From Mustelus asterias (taxonomy: Eukaryota): DNA of 64,000 nt. Position numbers and translations under genes: made by a program. Numbering within the stretch: position 1 is the stretch's first letter; the number at the start of each line of letters is the position of its first letter. The notes below the pieces were generated by a model that saw nothing but the letters and a program-made list of their open reading frames with translations, was not told where the DNA came from and did not search any database. Of this stretch, positions 1-14,112 are shown piece after piece. The stretch is from positions 52,514,001-52,578,000 of the forward strand of contig NC_135821.1 in the NCBI RefSeq assembly GCF_964213995.1, in the 5' to 3' direction.

Positions 1-1656
1 ATCTAACTACAGGTTTTACCCTTCCAGGCACAGAAACATTAAATTAAACCCATTTAAAACTATACCTTATTTCTAACGTTTACCAAGTCACATATAAATC
101 CCTTAAAACTACTTTTGCTTTTCTAACAGCACAGAAGGAGGTCATTTGGCCAATTATGTCTTTGCCAGCTCTCCATAGGAGCAACTTACCTAGTGCCACT
201 GCCTGGTCAATTCCAACATTTAATGTTCCAACATTTAAGGTGAAGTGGTTGGGTGATCCCCATTGCTCAAATCAACTTGAGTAAAAATGATTCTAAAATG
301 CTTAATTTGCAAACTAATTTATCCTAAACAATATCTCAAAAAAGTTTATATCATGCAGTAGCAAGCTTACGTTAGGGAGCTCAATTTAGCTTTGCAGGAA
401 CATTATAATTTTAATTGAAACAAAATCTCTTCTACATCAAACAGGTTAACAATTTTAAAATACTACTGGCATGCTTTGATATCTTTTGGCCATTTTTCAA
501 TAGAAAGGATTTAAGGAGTTACTTCAAGTGGTGCATTTTAAATTATGGTACTATCATGAAAATTAAAAGGAATCTGAGATGATAGGTAGTTAAGATGTAC
601 TAGCTTTGATGTTGTTTTCTCAAGATTGGAAATAATGTACAATTAGTTGACTTGACTTTGTATTGTATTGATAAACATCATTTTATCATGCAGTGCTGGT
701 TCCAGGCACTTAGCAAGAAGTCCAGTAGGCCTTCCCTTATTTGGCTGTGAATAGACAGAGACAAATAAGGGACAGACACAGCCAGAAAGCTCTTTGAAAC
801 AGGAAGGCTGCAAAGGCAAGTTAGGTTTCTTAAACAGAGAACTGCAGAGAGTTTTGCTGAAGCAAAAAACTTAGATTCCCCAACCTTTCAAATCTGTCCT
901 CATTACCCACTCATAAAAATATTCACCCTTGCCCACCATTCATTTTCGACCTCCTTTTCCTTTCCCAGGCTCTTCATTGAGCATGTTGTCACCTCCCAAA
1001 TCTGCTTTTCTTTCCCATGCCTCCATGCATGAACTTTTCCAATTAGATTTCCACCATTACAACATTGACCCCAATCAAAATCACAAATAGCATCCTCTGT
1101 GACTGTGACCATGATACATTAATCCCTCCTCCAACTGGTTCCACTCTTATTCAGTCATGGCAAGTGCATCATCTGCAAAGCCTTCTCTTCCTGCATCAGT
1201 AACTCTAGGGATTTATCCTTGGCCTCCACAGATTTTCATCTACATACTGCCCCTCACCATTATCATGCAAAGACAAGGTATTAGGTTCCACATTTACACT
1301 GACAACACCCACCAGCACCACTTCTTTTGACCCCTTCCACTGCCGCTGCATTGTCAGACTACTTATGATATCTCCAGTCTTAGATGGGCTGAAATTTCCT
1401 CCAATTAACCATTGGGAAGACCAAATCCATTGCTTTTTGTACCCACCAGAAACTTCATTCAATCATCACTGATTCCATCCCCTTCCCTGACCATCTTTCC
1501 TTCCTCCTTTAAGGTTTTCCTTAACACCTACTTCTTTGACCAAACTTTTAATCACCTGCACTAATATCTCCTTCTTTGGCTTGGTGTCAGTTTTCTCTGA
1601 TTAGGTTCCTGTGGGATGTTTTACTACATTACTACACACTTGAATCCAAGTTGTTT

Positions 1657-1935
1657 TAAAGTTTATTTATTAGTAACAAGTAAGGCTTACATTAACACTG
1701 CAATTAAGTTATTGTGAAATTCCCCTAGTCGCCACAATCCGGCGCCTGTTCAGGTCAATGCACCTAACCAGCACGTCTTTCAGAATGTGGGAGGAAACCA
1801 GAGCAGCCAGAGGAAACCCACACAGACACGGGGAGAACATGCAAACTCCACACAGACAGTGACCCAAGCCAGGAATCAAACCCGGGTCCCTGGCGCTGTG
1901 AAGCAGCAGTACTAACCACTGTGCTACCATGCTGC
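1657..1935 (-). mobile_element. tRNA-derived SINE (HE1-like, long-tail variant)
   Basis: A box tagcacagtggttag, B box-like gggtttgattcc and conserved body. Same variant at 17365-17665 (+), 32104-32400 (-) and 60122-60382 (-). Confidence 0.85.
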
Positions 1936-2427
1936 ACCTTATATTAAGTCATGTAAGATGGCCCATTGATATGGGATAGTGAGGCACGCACTTTATTTTG
2001 TAATATAACATAAAAATACATTTAGCAAATTGATTCTGATCATAACAGCTGTTCTGCACTTACTTTATAGTGAAATAAAGCAACTTGTCAATTCATAATT
2101 GAACTAATCCTTCAGTGTTTGGTCAGACTGCCTTCTGAGAGATTGAAAAAGCAAGTGTCTGAGATTAAATGCAGGCTACATCTCAGAATCCATTCAGTGA
2201 TACAGCAAGTTGCTGCTTTGATGCATATACTAATTACCAAATTAAGAAATACTTGGTACTGCTAGTTAAAAAAAAGCTTATCAAAAACATGTTTGATTAA
2301 ATGGACTACAGAAAGCATATCTGGAGATCAGACTTGAATGGAGCTGAATTGTTGCATAGTAATTACACATTTTCTGGGTTAGTGATCATAGCCTTGCAAA
2401 TGTTAGCGCAACTCTCTCATACTGTGA

Positions 2428-2565
2428 AAGCTCTGACGAAGGGTCATCCAAACTTGAAACATTGGCTCTATTCTCTCTCCACAGATGCTGTCAGACCTGC
2501 TGAGATTTTCCAGCATTTTCTGTTTTTGTTTCAGATTCCAGCATCTGCAGTATTTTGCTTTTATC
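2428..2565 (+). mobile_element. Short interspersed repeat (cagatgctgtcagacctgctgag family), probably the 3' end of a second Penelope-like family
   Basis: Copies near 8515-8630, 32470-32585, 33415-33510, 39460-39575, 39750-39850, 40345-40437 and 61880-61920; several begin with CTGACGA...GAAAC. Confidence 0.65.
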
Positions 2566-2978
2566 TCTTAGAGCTTGAGGGTGTGCATGTTGCATCTAGC
2601 ACATCTCTGTCATAGTCCAGACATCACATTAAATATTACTCTTCATTACAGAGGCAAAATAGTCTTAAAGATAAGAAAGACAGTCTTGACCTAAACTGTA
2701 AACTGTAAAAGCATGTCCATCTAACAATTAAACATTGATTGGTTTGTGATTGTTTTTACTTCATTCGCAGGATGTGAGAGTCACTGGTAAAGCCAGCATT
2801 TATTGCCCATCCCAAATTTCCCTTGAGAAGATTGTGGTGAGCTACCTTCTTGAGAACTGAGTGCTTTTTTAGGCCATTTCAAAAGACAGTGAAGAGTCAA
2901 CTACATTGTTGTGGGTCTGGAATCACACATAGGCCAGATCAGGTAATGGCAGCAGATTTCTTTCTCTAAATGAAATTA

Positions 2979-4347
2979 TGTGGAGATGCCAGCATTGGAC
3001 TGGGGTGGGCACAGTAAGAAGCCTGACAACGCCAGGTTAAAGTCCAACAGGTTTATTTGGTATCATGAGCTTTCAGAGCGCTGCTCCTTCATCAGGTGAG
3101 TGGAGAGTTGGGTTCACAACAGGGCATATATAGGCAAAGATTCAATTGAAAGACAATGGTTGGAATGCGAGTCTTTACAGGTAATCAAGTCTTTACAGGT
3201 ACAGACAAAGCGAGTGGAGAGAGGTTTAATCATAGTTTAAAGAGATGTGAATTGTCTCAAGCCAGGACAGTTAGTAGGATTTTGCAAGCCCAGGCCAAAT
3301 GGTAGGGGTTACAGGTAGTGTGACATGAACCCAAAATCCCGGTTGATGCCGTCCTCATGTGTGCGGAACTTGGCTATCAGTTTCTGCTCGGCGATTCTGC
3401 ATTGTCGTGTGTCTTGAAGGACGCCTTGGAGAACACTTACCTGAAGATCGGAGGCTGAATGCCCTCGACTGCTGAAATGTTCCCCGACAGGAAGGGAACA
3501 CTCCTGCCTGGTGATTGTCGAGCGGTGTCTGTTCATCGATTGTCGTAGCGTCTGCATGGTCTCGCCAATGTAGCATGCCTCAGGACATCCTTTCCTGCAG
3601 CGTATCAGGTAGACAATGTTGGCTGAGTCACATGAGTATATACATGTACCTGGTGGATGGTGTTCTCACTTGTGATGATGGCATCCGTGTCGATGATCCG
3701 GCATGCTTTGCAGAGGTTGCTGTGGCAGGATTGTGTGGTGTTGTGGTCGCTGTTCTCCTGAAGGCTGGGTAGTTTTCTGTGAACAATGGTCTGTTTGAGG
3801 TTGTGTGGTTGTTTGTAGGGGTGTGGGGATGGCCTTGGCAAGATGTTTGTCTTCATCGATAACATGTTGAAGGCTCCGAAGAAGATGTCGTAGCTTCTCT
3901 GCTCCAGGGAAGTACTGAACGACAAAGGCTACTCTGTCGATCGTGTCCCGTGTTTGCCTTCTGAGGAGATTGGTGTGGTTTTTCACTGTGGTACGTCGGA
4001 ACTGTCGATCGATGAGTCGAGCACCATATCCTGTTCTTATGAGGGCATCTTTCAGCGTTTGTAGCTGTCTGTTGCGTTCCTCCTCATCTGAGCAGATCCT
4101 CTATATACGGAGGGCTTGTCAATAGGGATGGCTTCCTTAACATGTTTAGGGTGGAAGCTGGAGAAGTGGAGAATTGCGAGGTTTTCTGTGGGCTTGCAGA
4201 GCAGTGAAGTACTGAGGTTACCGTTCTTGACAAAGATGCGTGTGTCCAAGAATGCAACCGATTCTGGAGAGTAGTCCATGGTGAGTCTGATGGTGGAATG
4301 GAACTTGTTGATGTCATCATGTAGTTGTTTCCATGATTCTTCGCCGT
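2979..4347 (-). mobile_element. 5'-truncated Penelope-like element
   Basis: Frameshifted RT-thumb and GIY-YIG fragments (ORFs 3309-4320) nearly identical to the 53-56 kb copy, with the same 3' UTR and terminus. Confidence 0.88.
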
Positions 4348-5584
4348 GAAATTTGGAAAGATTTTTTCCTCTGAGGGTTGTGGGTCTGAGGCACTCTTTT
4401 TCCCTGAGAGTGATGGAGGCTGGGTTCGTGAATATTTTTAAGGCAGAAGTCGATACGATTCTTGACTTACGAGGGAGTCAAAGGGTATTGGAGATAGCCA
4501 AGATATAAACATTGAGACCACCATCAGATTAGCCATGAATGGCAGAGTAGACTCGAGGGGCCAAATGGCCCACTGCTCCTAATTTGTATGTATCTTTTGG
4601 TTATTAGACTAATTGCAATGCATCTGCATGTCTCAATGTTGTTTACTGTTAGTTTCCTTTTAGTTGCCAGACTACATTCTCCCTAAAGATCCAGTTGCAT
4701 ATTCTATTCAATCACATTTGATTCCGAGGGTCTGTTTGTATATTTATACAGCAGCAAACTGCACTGCCATATACCATCATAAATTGGCGGTGCCACAACT
4801 TACCAATCAATGGTTTACGTTCTTCTGCCAATATTGATACCCACGGGGTCATCATGGCACTTGAGACTCCAGGTGGCCTTTCTCAAAGGAATCTGGCAGC
4901 AACATTCTTTATATTAATGAGCTAATGCCTTGCCCTCTGGCACAGAAGTGTACTGATGCTGTACCACACCAATTCCACACAGTGCCAACTTAATGCCACA
5001 GCAACCCATATGTTATTCTCTGATGGACCACAGTCCTTGCACTAATGCTGTGTTTGGGAAAGTATATTAAGTGTTCACTAAACTTTGCTTCTTACTGAGG
5101 GTTCAGTAAATCTCCTGTAACTGAGGAAGCTCGACTTCTTTACAGCCCTTACTTCAGCTGTCATTTTGTTTGAGCTTTGTTGTGAAATTTAGAGTTGGCA
5201 GCCAAAACAATTCCTCTGATCGTGTGTGGCTTCTCGAACAGAAGCTTCAGGAAGCCTCTGGGCGGGGGAAGCCACAAAGACAACAGCAAACAGAAAGTGA
5301 GCCATTTCTTAAATTGCAGCTGAGGCACCCTTGAGAAGACTTAGAAATGTACAGGCCCACTGCATCGCAGGATACTGTTCATAAGATCATGAGAAAAGGA
5401 GCAGGAATAGGCCATTCAGCCCATCAAATCTGCTGTATGTGCTATTCAATAGAATCATGGCTAATCTGATTGTGCCCCCGCTATAACCTTTGACTCCCTT
5501 GTCAGTCATAAATTCTGTCTAACTCAGCTTTGAATATATTCAATGATCCATAGCTCATTGGGGAAGAGAATTCTAAAGATTTAC

Positions 5585-6012
5585 CGAATAGACTGGGACT
5601 TTTTTCTCTGGAGCGTAGGAGGCTGAGGGGTGACCTTATAGAGGTCTATAAAATAATGAGGGGCATAGATCAGCTAGATAGTCAATATCTTTTCCCAGAG
5701 GTAGGGGAGTCTAAAACTAGAGGGCATAGGTTTATGAGAGGGGAGAGATACAAAAGTGTCCAGAGGGGCAATTTTTTCACAGAGGGTGGTGAGTGTCTGG
5801 AACAAGCTGCCAGAGGTAGTAGTAGAGGCGGGTACAACTTTACCTTTTAAAAAGCATTTAGATAGTTACATGGGTACGATGGGTATAGAGGGATATGGGC
5901 CAAATGCGGGCAATTGGGTTTAGCTTAGGGGTTTTAAAAGAAATAAGGGCGGCATGGACAAGTTGGGCCGAAGGGCCTGTTTCCATGCTGCAAACCTCTA
6001 TGACTCTATGAC
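5585..6012 (+). mobile_element. CR1 LINE 3' fragment
   Basis: LERRRLRGDLIEVYKIMRG...SKTRGH; ctctatga repeat tail. Confidence 0.8.
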
Positions 6013-9000
6013 ATTAATGAACATGTGGATTTTTAGGACATTCGGGTAACTTCATGACCACCATTACTGATACTAGCATTTTATTTTCATTTCAATTGAA
6101 TTAAATTCCCTGCTGAGGTGGTGGGATTTGTGCAATTCTCAATATCCATTGGTCCAGCCCTCTGCATTACCGGACCAGTGATATAATCACTCTGCTACCA
6201 TATCCATTTTACTCCACAACAATTAGACCTTATGTCGTTACTGGAACAGAGATGTATTTTGTAGCAAATTCATAAATTCTAGCTTACAAGGGACGATGGT
6301 AAATCAGTGCATCAGCTGCATTACCAAGATAATGCTATTTTGTTATCCTTTGTTGAAAGGAGAATGGCCCATACCGCTCCCAACAAGTTAACTGCAGGTA
6401 CAAGAAAAGTTTCAGTTGGCAGTCAAAATATCTCCTCTTTCACATCGAAAATATCGATGCATTTCGAAATTTGGCCCCAGAAGGGGTTCAAGTTAACCCC
6501 ATAACCTAAAACACTGGAGGTACAAATTGAGTAGACTTGGACTGAAAGCCCCTCTTCCTCACCTCGGGTTTTTGTCTCACTTTGCCTAACATAACGGAGT
6601 AAGATAAGGTTAGATGAAGAGGGGGCAGGTGGAGGCTCCTGTGACACATAAAAATACCAGCAATGGACCTGGAGGGAAGAAGGGGGGAGGGGGGGTTGGG
6701 TGGCGAATGGCATGTTTCTGCGCTGTAAATGCTTTCTGATGTGACTCAATGAATGTTATAAACAGCCTCCAATCTCCATAGTGGGTTTAGTTTGAAACGT
6801 CAGTTCCTGTGTTTGGTCTTCAGCCCGTTTTGTAATCCAGCCCTCACTACCTCCTTGCTGATCCGAAGCCTCCACACGGACGTGGAGTTCTCTCCCTCTG
6901 ACACCATCTCGCAGCAAGTTTCATCAGCTAAGGTATGGAATTCATACAACGGAAAGTGAAATCTCTACCGCTAATAATCCTGCCATTCCCTTAGCGAGGA
7001 GTTACTGAGTGAAGCTTACTTTCCTTATTTGCCGATGGAGTACGGTCTATACTCGAAATATTGATTAATTCTGAGTAAAATATAACGACATATTTTCAGT
7101 TGATTTTTTAAATAATTTTTTGGAGGGGCGGAATGTTCTTTTCGATAAAAGTCGATAAAACTGACGAACGGATTTCTTGAAATGTTACTGAAATTACTTA
7201 ATTTCTGAAATGCTGTAATCTAATAATTACCTGTAGCGCGTTTTATATTTATGGGGTTGTTTTTTAAGGGGTCGTTTTCATTGGCGTGGATTCACAATAC
7301 CTCACTTGTCTGAAATTGGACACTTGAAGTCGCCCAGTGTCTGCTCAGTTGGTTCTAGTCATTTATAATACTTCTCTCAGCACCAGATTCACATTAACAA
7401 GTGGGGAAACAAGACAAAGTTTTTCCCATTACTCGGGGGGTGGAATGGCACCCTTGATGTATGCGATCAGAAATAACCCTTTAAAGGGCGCGACTTAAGG
7501 CAATTTTACTGCCATTATTGGACAGAACTTAAACTGACTGCAGATCAGGTTTATTCATGCGTTTAGTTCTTTTTTTCTGCTGTAAAGTAACTAGTGACTC
7601 CGGCATTCGTGTTTGATAAACAACTCAGGCTGCGCCTTGCTCTGTTTCTATTTCTGTCCTTAGACACATTTGTAACTAACCGAGCAGCTGGGTGCCTCGA
7701 CATGAAATTAAATATAATTAAAATTACATACCCTTGTTTCACCTTCACCCAAACAGGACGAGAATTGGCAGTGTCCTCACCAAATGTTGCAGATTTAAAA
7801 GCTATTCTAATCAATGTTCATTGTTTCCTTAGTTGTAGACAGGCTTGTTTAGCAGGAAGTTTAATGTTAGGGGGGATGTAGCAAAACTTCATCTTTAATA
7901 TCGAAACATTTCCAATATTAATAAATTAGGCTTAGAAAAACCTTTGTTTAGGATACAATATGTAGTATGAATGTACCTTTTCATCAGCCTCCAACCTTTT
8001 AAAGTCTCGGAAACACTAGCAGGCCCCCCTAGGAGCCTGTAGCTGTAGTAATATGTCCTTTTCGTTCCTGGCAAAATGAATTCAAACTTGACTTGATTGC
8101 TGAAAGCCTGGAAATGCAGACTAAGGCAAGACAGATGTTTCAATTGGCGTTAAGATAAACCTTTTCAAAGGGAGAGTGCCACCAGACCTTGACATGTTCA
8201 TCATCAAGAGATTTAGATCAAGTATTTCGCCCCAAAAATGAATGTTTCCTTTTCCGTTCCATTTATTTCTATTGGACTGACAATAATCCATTCGTTGACC
8301 GCATGTATTTCCCGGAGGTGGACAGCTCCCAGTCCACCTGACTTTCAATTTAAACAACTGACTCTCATCTGTGACTTACACATGTATAATTTCTAAATAG
8401 TGTGTTGCTGTTCTAAGCTGAGTAAAGATATAAAAAGCTGGCTTTCATTCATTTGCACTGGCAAAGAATAGCCGAGTGTTCATTTGTTATTTATAACAAG
8501 TTTAAAAATTACTGATAAAGGCAAAATACTGCGGATGCTGGAATCTGAAACAAAAACATAAAATGCTGCAAAATCTCAGCAGTCTGACAGCATCTGAGGA
8601 GAGAGAATAGAGCCAACGTTTCGAGTCAGTTCGGATCATCCTGACTTCATGTAATTCTCGGCAAGGATCTGCCTTGTGCATTTCTCCAGTTGCAGTTCTA
8701 TATTCACGCATTTTTGCTTGACGACATGTGAATATTTATAGATTTCCATGGAATGAAATCCGCCCCGTTGGTATTTTTACCGTTCTATTTTCATCCAGAG
8801 TGAGGGATAGATAGCAGCATGGTCAACATTGCAAAGATCCGGCCATTCTTGTAGATTTGATATGTTGCATAGCCTTTTAAAAAAATCTCAGCTCTCACTT
8901 TTCCAACCCGTTTCGTAAAGTTTCCTTAGAAAATCTTTAGGTAAATCGTAAATTGGAATATGTAAAATGTTTCTGGCGGTTTATTGTGACAATGTTCCCG

Positions 9001-9468
9001 CATGTTTTGTCTCTTCCCGCATGTTTTGTCTCTTCTCGACCTTTCCACTTACGCATATGAGTTAATTATTATAAATACTGTAAGTATGTCTTTGTAATGT
9101 AATTGATGGTCTGCAGCGCGCTTTGCAAGTTTAGTTAATTATTCAGGCTGGATCCAAACCGCAAGCTTCAGGCACTCAGCCCGTGAATAAAACGACCTCT
9201 TGGAAGGGGATCTCACACTTCAGGCTTTAGAGTGTTTGGTACCTGCTTTCAATTATCCTGCTATATTCCTCATGACTTTACAATGATATTAAAATTGCTG
9301 CAGTAATAAGGTCACCCTTTGTTGTATATGTTAAATTTATTGTTAAGAAGAGGGGATGAAAAATATCGCATAATCAGAGGGGAGACGGCAGGAGTTTAAT
9401 TCTGTGGAGCTTTTCCTTGGTGGGAATCCAATCTCAAAATCCGCCTCATGCTTAAACTCGGATCTTCT

Positions 9469-11213
9469 CAGACGACGGGGTGTCAGTTTAGTCTGGGTTG
9501 CCAGGGAACTTTGCAGAGAAAAGCTAACTACTTAACTGGTCGAAGAAAAAATATTTTAAAAGCGTCACAGTTCAAAATAATTGTGTGCAAGGCCGCGGCG
9601 GTTTATTTTTCCTCCCAGCATTAATCATGAGGCTATCAGGGGAGAAAATGCAGGGGTGGGGAATCGATGTGAATCCCACAAGCAGAGTAGACAAATGTGG
9701 GCATCAGTGGCTTCCTTCGTACTGTAAACCCACTACCATCACATTTGGGTCTCTTTTGTCACTGTAAATGCAGTAATGAGATTACTGCATATCTTGGGCA
9801 GTTTTCCTCCAGGTCACTATTATTTCTGGGTCCTCTCCTATTTGTAACTCGTGATATTGTGGCAAGCGACATTCATTTTTTTATTATTACCCGAGGCCAG
9901 AGTTGAACCCGGGTCCCTGGTACTGTGAGGCAGCAGTGCTAACCACTGTGCCACAGTGCCACCCTTATAACTTCTAATGAATTAACAAAACCAACTGTTA
10001 AAAAAAATTGCAATTTATTCCATTACTTCACTGCATGTGTGTAGGATCTCTTTTAATCACTGTTGAGGGTTTGATGTCATGGGCCTGGCAGATTCAGCTG
10101 TTGTTTCCTCTATTAAAAGATCTCTATTTTGAGATTAAGTGTTCCAGCATCTGTGATCCCTGATAAGAAAGCCACCCGACAATCACTTTGATTTGCAACT
10201 TTTTGGGTAATGGAGACTATCAATATTTGGATGGATTAAAAAAAGATTTTTTTTGATATTTTACATGATTATTGTTGTTGGAATAATAAATAATAATAAT
10301 TCAGTATTGTCTGTCAAGATTTGAACTAGAAGAATCCTCTTGGGCACAATTTATTTTAACATAAATTAACCTTAAGAACAGCAAAATTAAATTGCAGATA
10401 ACTGCATTATGTGACAAGAATCTTCTTTTATAGTAGGGGAGGTGGTAGTATAGTGGTATTGTCACTGGACTAGCAATCCAGAGATCCAGGGATCTCTGCC
10501 CTGGGAACTTGGGTTCGAATCCCAGCATGACAGATGATGAAATTTGAATTCAACAAAAAGTTTGGAATTAAAAGTCTAACGATGACCTTAAAAAAAAATT
10601 GTGGATTGTCATAAAACCCCATCTGTTTCACTAATGCTCTTTAGGGAAGGAATCTGCCATTCTTACCTGGTCTGGCCTACATGTGACTCCAGATCCCCAA
10701 CAATTGACTCTTAAAATGTCCTCTGAAATGGCCTGGCAAGCCATTCTGTTCAAGGCAATTAGGAATGAACAATAAATGCCTACCCCATGAACAAATAATA
10801 AAAAAATGAATGTCGCTTGCCAAGATATCACGAGCTACAAATAGGAGAGGACCCAGAAATAATAGTGACCTGGAGGAAAACTGCCCAAGATATGTAGTAA
10901 TCTCATTACTGCATTTACAGTGACAAAAGAGACCCAAATGTGATGGTAGTGGGTTTACAGTACGAAGGAAGCCACTGATGCCCACATTTGTCTACTCTGC
11001 TTGTGGGATTCACATCGATTCCCCACCCCTGCATTTTCTCCCCTGATAGCCTCATGATCAATGCTGGGAGGAAAAATAAACCGCTGCGGCCTTGCACACA
11101 ATTATTTTGAACTGTGACACTTTTTTAATATTTTTTCTTCGACCAGTTAAGTAGTTAGCTTTTCTCTGCAAAGTTCCCTGGCAACCCAGACTAAACTGAC
11201 AACCCATCGTCTG
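9469..11213. repeat. Long inverted duplication (arms about 9469-9888 and 10794-11213)
   Basis: Near-identical mirrored ORFs (9585-9767 + vs 10915-11097 -; 9697-9906 + vs 10677-10985 -). Confidence 0.95.
10436..10790 (+). mobile_element. Second tRNA-derived SINE family
   Basis: tagtggtattgtcactggactag...gggttcgaatcc...tttagggaaggaatctgcc. Other copies at 61455-61785 and 63905-64000 (+), with a fragment at 2760-2975 (-). Confidence 0.7.
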
Positions 11214-12925
11214 TGTGGAGTTTGCCCATTCTCTCCATGTCTGCGTGGGTTTCCTACGGGTGCACCAGTTTCCTCCCACATCCGAAGATGTGCGGGTTAG
11301 GTGGATTGGCCATGCTAAATTGCCCCTTAGTGTCAGGGGGATTAGCAGGGTTTATGGAGACAGGTAGGGTAGGATTGTTGTCGGTGCAGACTCGATGGGC
11401 TGAATGGCCTCTTTCTGTACTGTAGGGATTCTATGATTCCATGAAATTAAATACAGATGAGGAAGACCATTTGCCCTACCTTACATCATCTCAGCAGAAG
11501 GTTCCCATGGTCCCTCCATTCTGTACATAATTGCTGCTTAAATATTTCCGGTATTTTGCTTCTACCATTCCATCTGGCATTCCCATTAGAAATTGTGATT
11601 ATTGTTTGTTTGACCTTTGTCCTACATTTAAGATGTGATTTATATTGAATTTTGTTTCCAGATTTAAAATTTTCCATATCACATCCTCACATCCTATCTA
11701 ATCTATTTCTGTAACATTGTCAGAGCTGTCTCCTCAAAGATGCTAAAACCCAAGTTTCCCTCTTCTTTCCTCACAACTCAAACCTTTGACACCAAGATCC
11801 GCCTTTTGCCTTCAGGACTTGAATCCAGCTGGCTCAAAGACCAGCTTGTACACAATATTCAGAATGTGGTTTACCAGAGAGCTGTACAATCACAGCATAA
11901 CTTCCTCTGCTTGCACCCTACTGGTTTGACTTGTTGTTCAGCATTCAGCTTGTTCTTTGACCCAGTGCTGCATTGGTCAGGTAGTAAATCTATTATACAT
12001 GTCTTTCAACATCATCCTTCCCTCCATCACATTAATGGAGAATATCTGTCATTCATTCTCTTTCATTGCACAGTTCTTCACACTTTTATATAACAAACTT
12101 AATCTGCCCACTTATTTAGTTGGGAAATTTTGTATTTCATAAACATAAAATTTCCCAACTGCATGTAAAATGGATCCAGCTTAAATTTTATGTTTCACCA
12201 CATCTGCCACTAAGAATGCATATTGGGAAATTGCACATCTCCAACTGGTAATTTTTCTTCCATGTACTTTGGATGTACAGTTTCCTGATATGCAGTCATA
12301 GTATACTCAGTTAGGTGAAGGGGACTTCCAAAATAGAATTTTACCTATGCCTTTGTACATATAAAGATTAGTGACTTCAGTTCAGATCTTTTCTATGCTT
12401 GACTAAACATCTTGCGGCTTTTGAAATTGGCCAACATAAATGTAGCCTTTCAATAGCCTGACAATAATCAATCCATGATAAACATCCAGTTAGCAAGGCA
12501 AAAAATAAATGCTCCTTTTCTGTCTGGTGCAACTGAAGTAAATGCTAAATATCACAACTCAATATAAGTTGACTGTTAAGATATTTTAGATAGTTAACTG
12601 ATAGTGAACAATCTGTATTATTATGAATCTTAACTCTTTTTCAGCATTTTCTGTCGAAAGTTGTAGTCCTTTTCTCAAAAATAGAAACTTGTGGAACAAT
12701 AGAATTTAACTTTTTAACTATTCACGTATCCAAGTGTGTAATTTTAATATTCAATAAAATCTTAATTTTGATTCACAAGGATTTCATTTCAGAAAAAATG
12801 CAAGGTGTGGTTTACTTCAACTTATTTAAAAATGGTTGTTATAAGGGGTGGAATTGTGAAATACAGATAAAATTAAAATTATTAAATTTATACTTTCAGA
12901 TTGGATTGCGTCAGTAAAACACACA

Positions 12926-14112
12926 ATGGCACCAAAGAAGAAAAACACCAAGAAAAACAAGATTGAAAAGAATGAATTACCAAAAATAAGCATTGTTGAG
13001 GACACAACCATCGACATTGATCAGCTAAACCATCTGAACACTCTCTATGATAGTGGATCAAATGGGTTTCGATGCACAGCCTCAGAAGTCTCCAATCCCA
13101 ATCATGGTGCCTTTCTCTTGGAGGAAATCAGCAGGATGCGCCAGGAGAGACTCTTCTCCGATCTCACACTATCCACTAAGAACAAATCCTTTGATGTCCA
13201 TAAAGTGGTGATGGCTGCTTGTAGCGATTATTTCCGTAACATGTTGAAGAAAGATCCATCCATTCACTGTGTAGATGTTAATGATGCGTCACCTTTGGGT
13301 TTGACCACTGCCTTAACCTATGCCTACACAGGGACACTCAGCTTGTCTCTTTATACCATTGGATGCACCATTGCCACTGCCACCCAATTCCAAATGTCTA
13401 CTTTGATTAACATATGCACCGACTTCCTCATTCAAGAAATTAACGTGGAAAATTGCATGTATATCTCGAACATCGCTGGGACATATGGGCTGAACCAGGT
13501 TAAAGAGTCAGCAAAGAAATTCATCCGTGAAAATTTCTTGGAGTTTTCAGAAAATGATCAATTCATGAAGCTGACTTACGATCAAATAAGTGATTTGTTA
13601 ATGGATGACAGCCTACAACTGCCCTCTGAGCTCACTGCATTCCAAATTGCTATGAAGTGGTTGCATTTTGACCCGAAAAGGGTGAAGCATGCAGCTGATC
13701 TGTTGAGTAATATCAGATTTGGCACCATTTCAGCTCATGATCTAGTCAGTTATGTTCAACCTATCCCATGTATGATGCAAGATCCAGATTGCCATCGGCT
13801 CCTAGTTAATGCCATGAACTACCATCTCCTGCCTCATCAACAGAACTCAATGCAGTCTAGAAGAACAAAGCTCAGGGGAGGACAGAAGGTCCTGCTGACT
13901 GTAGGTGGTCGACCAGCTTTGACTGAGAGGGCTTTGAGCAGAGAAATCTTATACAGAGATCCTGAAAATGGATGGAACAAACTTGCAGAAATGCCAGCCA
14001 AAAGCTTCAATCAATGTGTAGTCGTGATGGATGGCTTTTTATACGTGGCTGGTGGCGAGGATCAGAATGATGCCCGAAACCAAGCTAAGCATGCCGTCAG
14101 CAGTTTAAACAG
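12926..14112 (+). CDS. Kelch-like protein 31-like (possibly the klhl43 paralog), coding exon 1 (BTB, BACK, start of Kelch repeats)
   Basis: ORF MAPKKK...[12 protein letters not shown]...[17 protein letters not shown] closely matches recalled KLHL31. Acceptor tttcag ends at 12899, upstream of the ATG. Donor AG|gtaac at 14112, phase 2. Confidence 0.93.
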
